Positions 16,902 through 25,687 of a stretch of DNA of 64,000 bases are shown here, piece by piece. A program made the translations under genes and the position numbers. Each line of letters begins with the position of its first letter. Position 1 is the stretch's first letter. The notes beneath the pieces are model-generated. The model saw nothing but the letters and a program-made list of their open reading frames with translations. It did not search any database and was not told where the DNA came from. Origin of the DNA: Thermoplasmata archaeon (GTDB lineage: Archaea; Thermoplasmatota; Thermoplasmata; Lutacidiplasmatales; UBA184); contig DASPQC010000003.1 of assembly GCA_035625165.1 (NCBI GenBank), positions 2,101-66,100 of the forward strand. Reading direction: 5' to 3'.

Positions 16902-18044
16902 ATGCGCTTCGACACCCGGCTCATCCACGCGCGGCAACCTCCCGACCCCCACACGGGGGCCGTGAACGTTCCCGTCTACCTGTCGAGCACCTTCCGCCAG
17001 TTCGCGCCGAACCGCCACCAGGGCTGGGTCTACGGCCGTAGCGGGAACCCCACCCGGGCCGTGCTGGAGGCGACCATCGGAGAGATCGAGTCCGGCAAGG
17101 CCGGGCTCGCCTTCTCTTCCGGTCTCGGGGCGCTGGTGACGCTGCTCGAGGACTTCCCGGCGGGGAGCCGCATCGTGGCGGGGGACGACCTCTACGGGGG
17201 GACGTGGCGCCTCCTCGACCACCACCGGCGGCAGTTCGGGGTAGAGGTCGAGTTCATCGACACGACTGACCTCTCCCGGGTTCGCCACGCCCTCGAGAAG
17301 AAGGCGGACATGGTCTACGTGGAGTCCCCGACCAACCCGTGCCTGCGGATCTCGGACCTTCGGGCGATCGCGAACCTCGCGCATCGACGGGGGGCCCGGG
17401 TCGTGGTCGACAACACCTTCGCCACCCCGGCCCTCCAGCGGCCGATCGAGCTCGGAGCCGACATCGTCCTCCATTCGACCACCAAGTACCTCGGCGGCCA
17501 CTCGGACGTGATCGGCGGCGCCCTCGCCTTCCGCGACCCGAAGCAGGCGGAGCGCTTCGCCTGGCTCCAGAACGCGGCGGGGGCCATCCCGAGTCCGTTC
17601 GATTGCTTCCTGGTGCTGCGCGGGATCCACACCCTGGGCGTCCGCATGCGCGCGCACATTGAGTCGGCCCGTGCGGTCGCGCGGGCCCTCGAAGGTCACC
17701 CCAAGGTGCGGACGGTTCACTACCCCGGACTCCCGTCCCATCCCCAGTACCGCCTCGCCCGACGGCAGATGGGCGGGGGCGGAGGAATCGTGAGCGTGGA
17801 ACTATCGGGCGGGATGCGAGCGGCCCGCCGATTCCTCGCAGGGCTCCGCGTCTTCACGCTGGCCGAAAGCCTCGGCGGGGTCGAGTCGCTGGTCGACCAC
17901 CCGGCGACCATGACCCACGCGAGCGTGCCGAGGAAGGAACGGGAGCGCCACGGTATCACGGACGGTCTGCTCCGGCTCTCCTGCGGAATCGAGGACCCGG
18001 CCGACCTCGCCGAGGACGTACGGTCGGCGCTGAAGGGGCTCTGA
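16902..18044 (+). CDS. Cystathionine gamma-lyase/synthase family PLP enzyme
   Basis: Cys/Met-metabolism PLP family: YGRSGNPTR, HSTTKYLGGHSDVIGG (PLP Lys), SLGGVESL. Lies 6 nt after CBS. Confidence 0.9.
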   Translation: MRFDTRLIHARQPPDPHTGAVNVPVYLSSTFRQFAPNRHQGWVYGRSGNPTRAVLEATIGEIESGKAGLAFSSGLGALVTLLEDFPAGSRIVAGDDLYGGTWRLLDHHRRQFGVEVEFIDTTDLSRVRHALEKKADMVYVESPTNPCLRISDLRAIANLAHRRGARVVVDNTFATPALQRPIELGADIVLHSTTKYLGGHSDVIGGALAFRDPKQAERFAWLQNAAGAIPSPFDCFLVLRGIHTLGVRMRAHIESARAVARALEGHPKVRTVHYPGLPSHPQYRLARRQMGGGGGIVSVELSGGMRAARRFLAGLRVFTLAESLGGVESLVDHPATMTHASVPRKERERHGITDGLLRLSCGIEDPADLAEDVRSALKGL

Positions 18045-18046
18045 CG

Positions 18047-19489
18047 ATGCGTCGGTTCACGGTCTACGACTCGATGACCCGGGAAACGCGGGTCTTCGCC
18101 CCGATCCACCCCCCGAGGGTCGGGCTCTACGTCTGCGGGATGACCCCCTACGCGCCCGCTCATGTTGGCCACGCGAGGACCATGGTCGTCTTCGATGTGG
18201 TCGCGCGCGCGATGCGCCGCTGGGGCTACCGGGTCTTCTACGTACAGAACGTCACCAACCTGGACGACAAGCTGATCGCCCGTGCGAGCGAGGAGGGGGT
18301 CGACCCGCTCGCCCTCGCGGAGCACCATTTCGCGGGCTACCTCCGGGCGATGGAGCGGCTCGGCGTACGCTCCGTGAACGTCTATCCCTTTGCGACCGAC
18401 TACATTCCCGAGATCGTGGCGCAGATCCGCCAGCTCTTCGACCGCGGGGTGGCCTACCGGTCCGACGACGGGTCGGTCTACTTTGAGGTCGCAAAGTTCC
18501 CGGGGTACGGGAAGCTCTCCGGCCAGCGAACGGACGCCCTCCGCCCCGGAGCTCGGGTCGAGCGAGACGAACGGAAGCGCTCGCCCGAGGATTTCGTCCT
18601 CTGGAAGGCGACCACCCCCGGAGAGCCGAGCTGGGAGAGCCCCTGGGGGCCCGGCCGGCCCGGCTGGCACATCGAGGACACCGCGATGACCGTACGGCTA
18701 CTGGGGGAGCGGTACGACCTCCACGGCGCCGCGATCGACCTCATCTTTCCGCATCACGAAGCGGAGATCGCTCAGGCGGAGTCCGCGACCGGCCAGGCGC
18801 CGCTCGTCAATTACTGGATGCACTCGGGACTGCTCCTGCTTGAGGGCACGAAGATGTCGAAGTCGATCGGAAACGTCGCCTCGATCGACGGCGCGCTCGA
18901 TGCGTTCGGGCCGATGACCCTCCGCCTCTACTACCTCAACGCCCTCTACCGGAGCCCGCTCGACTTCGACCCCGAGAAGAGCCTTCCCGAAGCGCGGGAG
19001 GCGTACCAGCGGCTCGCCCAGCCGGCGGACCGGCTCGCCGAGCTCCTCGACCGGGGAGGACCGGAACGCGCCGGCGATGAACTTCCGGCCGACCTCGAGG
19101 AAGAATCGGAGGCGCTGGTGGAGCGGTTGGACTCGACCCTCGCCGACGATTTCGACACCCGCGGGGCGATCGCGCTCCTGTTCGGGTGGACCCGCCGGAT
19201 CCAGGAATCCGGGGTCGCCCTCGACCGACTCAGCGGGGCGGCTCAGGAGAGCCTCCGAGCCCCCTACGACTGGGGCGAAGAGGTCCTCGGCCTGTTCGTC
19301 CGTCCGCCCTCGGGGCGGGGCGGCGCCTGGTCCGAGGTCGTCCCGGTGGCCATCGCCGCCCGGGCCCGGGCGAGGGCCCGAGGGGACTACGCGGAAGCGG
19401 ACCGCATCCGCGCGGAGCTCCGGGCGAAGGGGATCCGGCTCGAGGACGACGCGAAGGGCACCCGCTGGGAGTTCGCGGAACCGGAGTGA
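18047..19489 (+). CDS. cysS: Cysteinyl-tRNA synthetase
   Basis: HIGH-type motif (PAHVGHAR), WHIED, KMSKS present. Lies 2 nt after the upstream gene. Confidence 0.95.
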   Translation: MRRFTVYDSMTRETRVFAPIHPPRVGLYVCGMTPYAPAHVGHARTMVVFDVVARAMRRWGYRVFYVQNVTNLDDKLIARASEEGVDPLALAEHHFAGYLRAMERLGVRSVNVYPFATDYIPEIVAQIRQLFDRGVAYRSDDGSVYFEVAKFPGYGKLSGQRTDALRPGARVERDERKRSPEDFVLWKATTPGEPSWESPWGPGRPGWHIEDTAMTVRLLGERYDLHGAAIDLIFPHHEAEIAQAESATGQAPLVNYWMHSGLLLLEGTKMSKSIGNVASIDGALDAFGPMTLRLYYLNALYRSPLDFDPEKSLPEAREAYQRLAQPADRLAELLDRGGPERAGDELPADLEEESEALVERLDSTLADDFDTRGAIALLFGWTRRIQESGVALDRLSGAAQESLRAPYDWGEEVLGLFVRPPSGRGGAWSEVVPVAIAARARARARGDYAEADRIRAELRAKGIRLEDDAKGTRWEFAEPE

Positions 19490-19493
19490 GCCC

Positions 19494-20537
19494 GTGCGCG
19501 GCTTCGGCTTCGAAGAGCACGGCGGCCTCGACCGACTCCGCTTCGTGGAGGTTCCCGAGCCGACCGCGGGACCCGGCGAGGTCCGGGTCCGAATTCGCGC
19601 GGCCGGGTTCAACCACCTCGACCGCTTCGTTCTCGAGGGAATCCCGGGCGTACCCATCGAGCGACCGCACGTCCTCGGGTCGGACGGCGCCGGCGAGGTC
19701 GACTCCGTAGGCCCCGGCGTCGACGGCCTAGAACCGGGGACTCGGGTCCTCCTCAACCCGGGGCTCTGGGACGGAACCTGCGATGCGTGTCGCGCGGGCG
19801 ATGAGGCGCTCTGCCGGCGCTACCGCATCCTCGGAGAGCACACGCAAGGGTCGGCGACCGATTTCGTGGTCGTGCCCCGGCGCAACGTGCACCCGTTACC
19901 CGCCCACCTCACGTTCGCGGAGGGCGCGGCGGTGCCCCTCGTCTTCCTGACCGCGTGGAGAGCCCTCAAGACGGTCGGCCAGGTGAAGCCGGGTGAACGC
20001 GTGGCGGTCGTGGGTGCGGGCGGCGGGACCTCCACGGCCGCGGTCCAGATCGCAAAGCTGCTGGGCGCCCGCGTTGCCGTCGCGACCCGTTCCGCGGAGA
20101 AGGCGGAGCGGGTCCGACAGATCGGAGTGGCCGACGCCCTCGTGTTTGATGACACCGACCGCCCGCTCGACCGCGTCCTCTGGGAATGGAGCGAGAAGAA
20201 GGGGGTCGACGTGATCGTGGATTCCGTCGGGACTCCGACCGTTCCTCGCTCGCTGCGAGCCCTCGCCCGCGCCGGGCGGCTGGTCGTCTTCGGCGCGACC
20301 GCCGGCGGCGTCGCCGAGGTGGACCTGAGGATGCTCTTCTGGCGCCAGGGCTCCCTCCGGGGCACCACCATGGCGGGCGCGCGGGAGTTCGCGGAGGTCC
20401 TTGCGGAGATCGCGGCCGGGCGGCTCAGGGCCGTGATCGATTCCGAGCATCCGTTCGAGCACGCGGCGGAGGCGTTCCGACGATTCGACCAGCCGGACCT
20501 GTTCGGCAAGGTCGTGGTCCGGATGCCGAGCGGGTGA
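19494..20537 (+). CDS. Zinc-type alcohol dehydrogenase/quinone oxidoreductase (MDR family)
   Basis: GSDGAGEV, CDACRAGDEALC structural-Zn-like cysteines, VVGAGGGTSTAAVQIAK Rossmann segment. Start set at GTG 19494, 4 nt after the cysS stop. Confidence 0.8.
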   Translation: MRGFGFEEHGGLDRLRFVEVPEPTAGPGEVRVRIRAAGFNHLDRFVLEGIPGVPIERPHVLGSDGAGEVDSVGPGVDGLEPGTRVLLNPGLWDGTCDACRAGDEALCRRYRILGEHTQGSATDFVVVPRRNVHPLPAHLTFAEGAAVPLVFLTAWRALKTVGQVKPGERVAVVGAGGGTSTAAVQIAKLLGARVAVATRSAEKAERVRQIGVADALVFDDTDRPLDRVLWEWSEKKGVDVIVDSVGTPTVPRSLRALARAGRLVVFGATAGGVAEVDLRMLFWRQGSLRGTTMAGAREFAEVLAEIAAGRLRAVIDSEHPFEHAAEAFRRFDQPDLFGKVVVRMPSG

Positions 20538-20622
20538 GCGCCCGGAGCCGTCCCGCGGCGACCCGGCCTTGCCCTGGGCGCTCCCCGGGACGGATAATCC
20601 TCCCCGAAGTGGCAAAGTGACC

Positions 20623-20630
20623 TTTATGTA
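20623..20630 (+). promoter_or_regulatory. TATA-like box (TTTATGTA)
   Basis: Centred about 28 nt upstream of GTG 20655. Confidence 0.35.
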
Positions 20631-20654
20631 GGGGATGCCGGCCTTTCTTCGAAC

Positions 20655-23600
20655 GTGAGCCGTTTTTCGGGCCATCCTCCGGCGTCCGGGGGAACGGGAC
20701 GTCAGGCTAGCCGAACGATGCGAGGAGCCCTCATCGCCCTCGTGGTGGTGCTCGCCGTGGTCGCGAGCAGCTTCCTGGTGGTCGCCCAGCGACCGGTCCT
20801 GCTTCCGGGAACGGCGCCGTCCACCGCCCCCGGGTCGCACCTTTCACCGGCGGGAATCGTCACCCATGGCGACCTCGTGGTCCTGCCGGGCACTGTCTAC
20901 ACGATCCACCCGACGCCCGGTTCGTCGAACTTCTACATGGGCGGGAACATCACGGTGGAAGCGGGCGGGACCCTGATTGTCCGCAACGTCACCGTCTCCT
21001 TCGTGGAGTTCGTCGGCGTTTCCGGTACCCCGATCTCCCGTCTCTCGCACATCTACCACTTCAATGACTTCGGGACGGTCGACCTGTACAACTCGACCGT
21101 CACGACGGAGGTCCTCGCGCTCCCGGATGCCTACGCGAAGCTCGCCCTCACCGTCACCGGCTCGATGTCGCTCTGGAACTCCTCGCTCGCCTTCCCCGGG
21201 TGGGTGACGGTGAACGGGACCGGCGCGACCCTCTACCTCAACAACTCCGCGATCCGATCGAATCCTGAGGTCGCGAGCCTGGTCGAGCCGTCCGTCATCC
21301 TGGGCGACACCGAGTGGGCGCCGACCGTCAAGGTCGAAGGCGGCGGAACCCTCGACCTGTTCGGGAGCCTGGTCAACAACACCTACGCGGACGATAGCCA
21401 AGTGAACGGCCTTCCGGCCCCTGTTCCGCTGAACGTCACGAACGTCGATCTGACGGGCGGTCTCAATTTCACGAGTCTCTTCACCCCGAGCGACACGGTG
21501 AACCTCTCGCGCGACTGGCTGTATCCGTACGGCGTCGCGGGTGGGGAGGTCGGGGTCTACTACAACGATACGAACGCCCTCGTGACCACCGTGGGCATCA
21601 CGGTGTGGTACGCCGGCGTCGGCTATCCGTTGGGTACGCTCACGCTCCTGAACGACACCATCAACGGGTTCACGGCGGTACCATTCACCGCCGCCCTCAC
21701 CCAAGCCGTCAACAAGGCGGGCATGCTGAACTACCTCAATTACACCGGCGACTTCGGAGTCGGCCCGTCCCGGATCGCCGTCGAGACCACATCCAGCTCG
21801 GGCCCGACGGTCCCGGTGAGCCAACTGTTCTTCGCCCTCACGCCTCCGCTCTCCTACGACATCACCGTGACCGGAGCGGGCTCTCAGCTCAACTCGGTCG
21901 ACACACCGTTCGACCTCACGTTCGCCGACGTCCCGGCGTCCCCGGTCTCCCAGGTCTCGCCCTACCCGTGGTTCTCGAACAAGCTCCTCTTGACGGACGG
22001 AGCGACCGCCTATCTCGGGAACATGACCATCCTGAACCCGATCCCGGGCGTCTTCACCACGTCCGCCATCCTACCGGACGCGACCAGCAACGCCTACCTC
22101 TACCGCTGGACCGGCTTCAACATGACCGGGCTTGGCGGGGTCCTTCCCGTCCAGGGCGGCACGGTCCACGCCTACTCCTCACTCAACGAGAGCGAGACGA
22201 ACAACGCCACGGCGAACCACCTCAACAACCTGTCCAGCGCGAACCCGGCGATCTGGAGCTACCTCCAGTACTGGGACGCGAAGCACGGCCTCCCGGCCTA
22301 CGGGACCTCCGGCTTCAACGGCACGGCGTATCTCCTGCTGGCCTCGAGCCAGGTCAACGGCACGACCCTACCAGACGGGAACTTCATCGGAGGATACCAT
22401 CTGTTCATCAAGGTCCCCGCCTCGACCAACAGCACCCGCTCGTTCAACTGGTCGGGGGTCTCGCCCTACCCGTTCGGAGTCGCCTTCGGCACCCCGCGGT
22501 ACGGCATGCCGGACTTCGGCCCGGGCATCAACTTCCCGTCGTACTTCGTCGGCCTCTCCGCGACGGCGATCGTGACCGCGAACGCCACCGTCGCGCCGAA
22601 CGCGACCGTGCGCATCGGCCAGGTGTTCGGGGCCGAGATGGTGCTGAACGACACCGGGACCGGAAAGGTGTTCTACGTTCAGGCGTCCCTCTACTGGAAC
22701 GCGACCAGGGAGCTCACGCTCGACCGGGCGGCCTTCCCGGTCGACCTGGTCGCCCCGGGCCAGAAGTTCATCTTCAACCTCACTTGGATAATCAACGACA
22801 CGATCACGGGGCTCCAGGGGAAGCCGTTCGCCCACCAGTTCGAGGTCAACGTCACCGTCAACGAGGACCTCGCGAAGTACGGTGGCCGGAACTTCAGCCT
22901 GGGGGTGCCCTCCGTCATCAAGCAGTCCGAGGTCGGTCTCTTTAACCTGAGCCTCCCGCCCTCGCCCCTTTCGCTCGGCGGGACGTACTTTACGGACGGC
23001 GTCGTCCGGTACAACGGCTCGCAGCCGGCCACGCTCTACGTCATCGCAACCCCTGTGAACGGAGGGGGCCAGATCACGATCGGCATCGGAGCGGCGTTCG
23101 CCGGACCGTTCACCGTCCACTGGCTGCCGCTCTCGAACTACCTCTCCGCGGGCACGACCTACTACATCAGCGTGGAGGCGATCTACAACAACGTCACCAA
23201 CCTCACCCGGCTCAGCGGCGAGTACTCGGTGCCGCCGAGCTCGCCGTCGGTGAGCAACTTCCTGTTCGAGAAGTTCCTCGGACTGCCGCTGTGGGCCTGG
23301 CTCGCCATCGCCGCCGCGGTCGCGGTCGGCATCGTCGCGGTCCTCCTGGTCGCCCGCCGCCAGGCGGCGGGAAAGCTGGTCGAGTGCGGGGAGTGCGGCA
23401 ACCTGATCCCCGAAGACGCGACGACGTGTCCGAAGTGCGGTGCCGAGTTCGAGAGCGACCTCATCCGCTGCAGCCGGTGCGCGTCGACCATCCCCGCCGA
23501 CTCGAAGTTCTGCCCCGAGTGCGCCGCCCAGCTGCTGGGGAAGCCCGGCGAGGGGGAGGCCGACCCGGAGCGGCAAGGGTACGACGACTACACGCAGAAG

Positions 23601-23975
23601 TACCGCGCCGAGGCGAAGAAGGAGCTCGGTGAGAACTACAACGAGGGGTCGTTCTGGGACTGGTGGAAGCGCCAGCCGACCTACACGTCGTTCAGCCAGT
23701 GGAAGCTGCAGCAGGGCCAGGGGATCCCCCGCGCCGGCATGACGGCCCCGCCGCCCGGCGAGGTGAGCGCCCCCACGGGTGGTCCTCCGAAGCAGGGCGG
23801 CGGCGCCGCGCCTGCGCCCGGTGACACCGGAGCCCCGCTGCGGGCCGCCGCGCCGACTCCGCCCGTGACCCCGCCCCCGGCCGCCGCCGGCGCGATGAAG
23901 CCCTGCCCGAGCTGCGGGAAGGAGATCCCGACAGAGTATCTCATCTGTCCGTTCTGCAGCGCCGTGACCCAGTGA
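20655..23975 (+). CDS. Giant N-glycosylation-rich surface protein with beta-helix-like region, one C-terminal TM and three cytoplasmic zinc ribbons
   Basis: Signal-anchor MRGALIALVVVLAVVASSFLVVAQ (alternative start ATG 20718) and about 34 N-x-S/T sequons by my count. TM is LWAWLAIAAAVAVGIVAVLLVA. It is followed by CGECGN..CPKCG, CSRCAS..CPECA, a Pro/Ala-rich linker, and CPSCGK..CPFCS. Confidence 0.8.
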   Translation: MSRFSGHPPASGGTGRQASRTMRGALIALVVVLAVVASSFLVVAQRPVLLPGTAPSTAPGSHLSPAGIVTHGDLVVLPGTVYTIHPTPGSSNFYMGGNITVEAGGTLIVRNVTVSFVEFVGVSGTPISRLSHIYHFNDFGTVDLYNSTVTTEVLALPDAYAKLALTVTGSMSLWNSSLAFPGWVTVNGTGATLYLNNSAIRSNPEVASLVEPSVILGDTEWAPTVKVEGGGTLDLFGSLVNNTYADDSQVNGLPAPVPLNVTNVDLTGGLNFTSLFTPSDTVNLSRDWLYPYGVAGGEVGVYYNDTNALVTTVGITVWYAGVGYPLGTLTLLNDTINGFTAVPFTAALTQAVNKAGMLNYLNYTGDFGVGPSRIAVETTSSSGPTVPVSQLFFALTPPLSYDITVTGAGSQLNSVDTPFDLTFADVPASPVSQVSPYPWFSNKLLLTDGATAYLGNMTILNPIPGVFTTSAILPDATSNAYLYRWTGFNMTGLGGVLPVQGGTVHAYSSLNESETNNATANHLNNLSSANPAIWSYLQYWDAKHGLPAYGTSGFNGTAYLLLASSQVNGTTLPDGNFIGGYHLFIKVPASTNSTRSFNWSGVSPYPFGVAFGTPRYGMPDFGPGINFPSYFVGLSATAIVTANATVAPNATVRIGQVFGAEMVLNDTGTGKVFYVQASLYWNATRELTLDRAAFPVDLVAPGQKFIFNLTWIINDTITGLQGKPFAHQFEVNVTVNEDLAKYGGRNFSLGVPSVIKQSEVGLFNLSLPPSPLSLGGTYFTDGVVRYNGSQPATLYVIATPVNGGGQITIGIGAAFAGPFTVHWLPLSNYLSAGTTYYISVEAIYNNVTNLTRLSGEYSVPPSSPSVSNFLFEKFLGLPLWAWLAIAAAVAVGIVAVLLVARRQAAGKLVECGECGNLIPEDATTCPKCGAEFESDLIRCSRCASTIPADSKFCPECAAQLLGKPGEGEADPERQGYDDYTQKYRAEAKKELGENYNEGSFWDWWKRQPTYTSFSQWKLQQGQGIPRAGMTAPPPGEVSAPTGGPPKQGGGAAPAPGDTGAPLRAAAPTPPVTPPPAAAGAMKPCPSCGKEIPTEYLICPFCSAVTQ

Positions 23976-24052
23976 GCGGACAGCGCCTTCCGCGCCCAAC
24001 CCCTTCCGCGGTGTTTTAACTCGACCCCGGTTCGGTTCCGCGGGTCGGAGCC

Positions 24053-25285
24053 GTGGCCGGGGACGTGGCGCGAGGTCGCCTCAAGCTCGAGTGGGCCGAG
24101 TCGCACATGCCGGTGCTCGGCGCGGTTCGCCGCCGCTTCGAGACCGAACGCCCGTTCGCGGGGCTCACCATTTCGGCCGTCCTTCATGTCGAGGCGAAGA
24201 CGTGCGTCCTCGCCCTCGCCCTCCAAGCGGGCGGCGCGGACGTCCGACTCGCCGCCTCCAACCCGCTCTCGACCGACGACGACGCGGTCGCGGCCGTTCG
24301 CGAGGCCGGCGTGGAGACCCACGCCGAGAAGGGCGAATCGCTCGCCGCGTACCGCGCGGGGGTGGAGACGATGCTCGAGGCGAACCCCGACGTCATCATC
24401 GACGACGGCGCCGACCTGGTCGCCCTCTTCCACGGGAAGCGCCGGGAGCGCGGGAAGGTCCGGGGGTCGACCGAGGAGACGACCACCGGGGTCACCCGGC
24501 TCAAGGCCCTCGAGAAGGAGGGGCGGCTCCTCTTTCCCGCGGTCGACGTGAACGACGCCGAGATGAAGCACCTGTTCGACAACCGCTACGGGACCGGGCA
24601 ATCCACGATCGACGGGATCTTGAGCGCGACCAACCTCCTCATCGCGGGTCGGGAGGCCGTGGTCGCGGGCTACGGCTGGTGCGGGAAGGGCGTGGCCGCG
24701 CGGTTGCACGGCCTCGGAGCGACCGTGACGGTCACGGAAGTGGACCCGGTCCGCGCCCTCGAGGCGCGGCTGGACGGCTTCCGCGTGCGACCGATGCTGG
24801 ATGCCGCTCGGTCGGCCGACCTCATCGTGACGGTCACCGGCCAGACCGGGGTCGTCCGCGAGGAGCACTTGAAGGTCCTCAAGGACGGTTGTCTGCTGGC
24901 GAACGCGGGTCACTTCGACGTCGAGGTGTCGCGGAAGGACCTGGAGGGCCTCGCCGTCAGCCACCGCACGGCCCGCCCCAACGTAGAGGAATACCGTTTT
25001 GCCGACGGACGCCGCGCCTATCTCCTCGGCGAGGGCCGACTCATCAACCTGGCCGCCGGCCAGGGGCACCCGGTCGAGATCATGGACCTCTCCTTCGCGC
25101 TCCAAGCGCTGAGCGCCGAGCATCTGGCGCGGCACGGGCGGTCGATGGCGCCGCGGCTCACCGCGGTCCCCGCCGAGATCGACCGCGCGGTCGCGCGGGC
25201 CGCGCTCGAACCCCTCGGAGCGGGACTCGATGAGCCGACCGAGGAGCAGGTCCGATACCGCGACCACTGGGAGGGAGGAACGTGA
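24053..25285 (+). CDS. ahcY: Adenosylhomocysteinase
   Basis: LEWAESHMPVL, EETTTGV, NAD site VAGYGWCGKG, GHFDVE. Archaeal short form of about 410 aa. Confidence 0.95.
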   Translation: MAGDVARGRLKLEWAESHMPVLGAVRRRFETERPFAGLTISAVLHVEAKTCVLALALQAGGADVRLAASNPLSTDDDAVAAVREAGVETHAEKGESLAAYRAGVETMLEANPDVIIDDGADLVALFHGKRRERGKVRGSTEETTTGVTRLKALEKEGRLLFPAVDVNDAEMKHLFDNRYGTGQSTIDGILSATNLLIAGREAVVAGYGWCGKGVAARLHGLGATVTVTEVDPVRALEARLDGFRVRPMLDAARSADLIVTVTGQTGVVREEHLKVLKDGCLLANAGHFDVEVSRKDLEGLAVSHRTARPNVEEYRFADGRRAYLLGEGRLINLAAGQGHPVEIMDLSFALQALSAEHLARHGRSMAPRLTAVPAEIDRAVARAALEPLGAGLDEPTEEQVRYRDHWEGGT

Positions 25286-25677
25286 CCGACGTAGGGAAGG
25301 TACCAACGGAACTCAAGTACACGAAGAGCCACGAGTGGGTCCGCATCGAGGGGAATCGGGCGACGGTCGGCATCACCGACCACGCCCAGGCACAGCTCAC
25401 CGACATCGTCTTCGTTGACCTTCCCGCGGTCGGCAAGACGGTGGGAAAGGACCAGAGCGTCCTCGTCCTCGAGTCGGTGAAGACGGTCGCGGACGTCTAC
25501 GCGCCCGGTGCGGGGACGGTCGTCGAGGCGAACGCCGAACTCAAGACCCACCCCGAGTGGATCAATCAGGACCCGTACGGGAAGGGGTGGCTCTTCCGCC
25601 TCGAGCTCACGGGACCGGTCGATCCCGCGACGCTGCTGTCGGCCGAGGCGTACACGAAGCTCGCGGCGACCGGCTAA
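25282..25677 (+). CDS. gcvH: Glycine-cleavage H-type lipoyl carrier protein
   Basis: YTKSHEWVR, GITDHAQ, lipoyl-lysine context LESVKTVADVYAP. GTGA overlap with the ahcY stop. Confidence 0.9.
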   Translation: MTDVGKVPTELKYTKSHEWVRIEGNRATVGITDHAQAQLTDIVFVDLPAVGKTVGKDQSVLVLESVKTVADVYAPGAGTVVEANAELKTHPEWINQDPYGKGWLFRLELTGPVDPATLLSAEAYTKLAATG

Positions 25678-25687
25678 GCGGGTCGCA

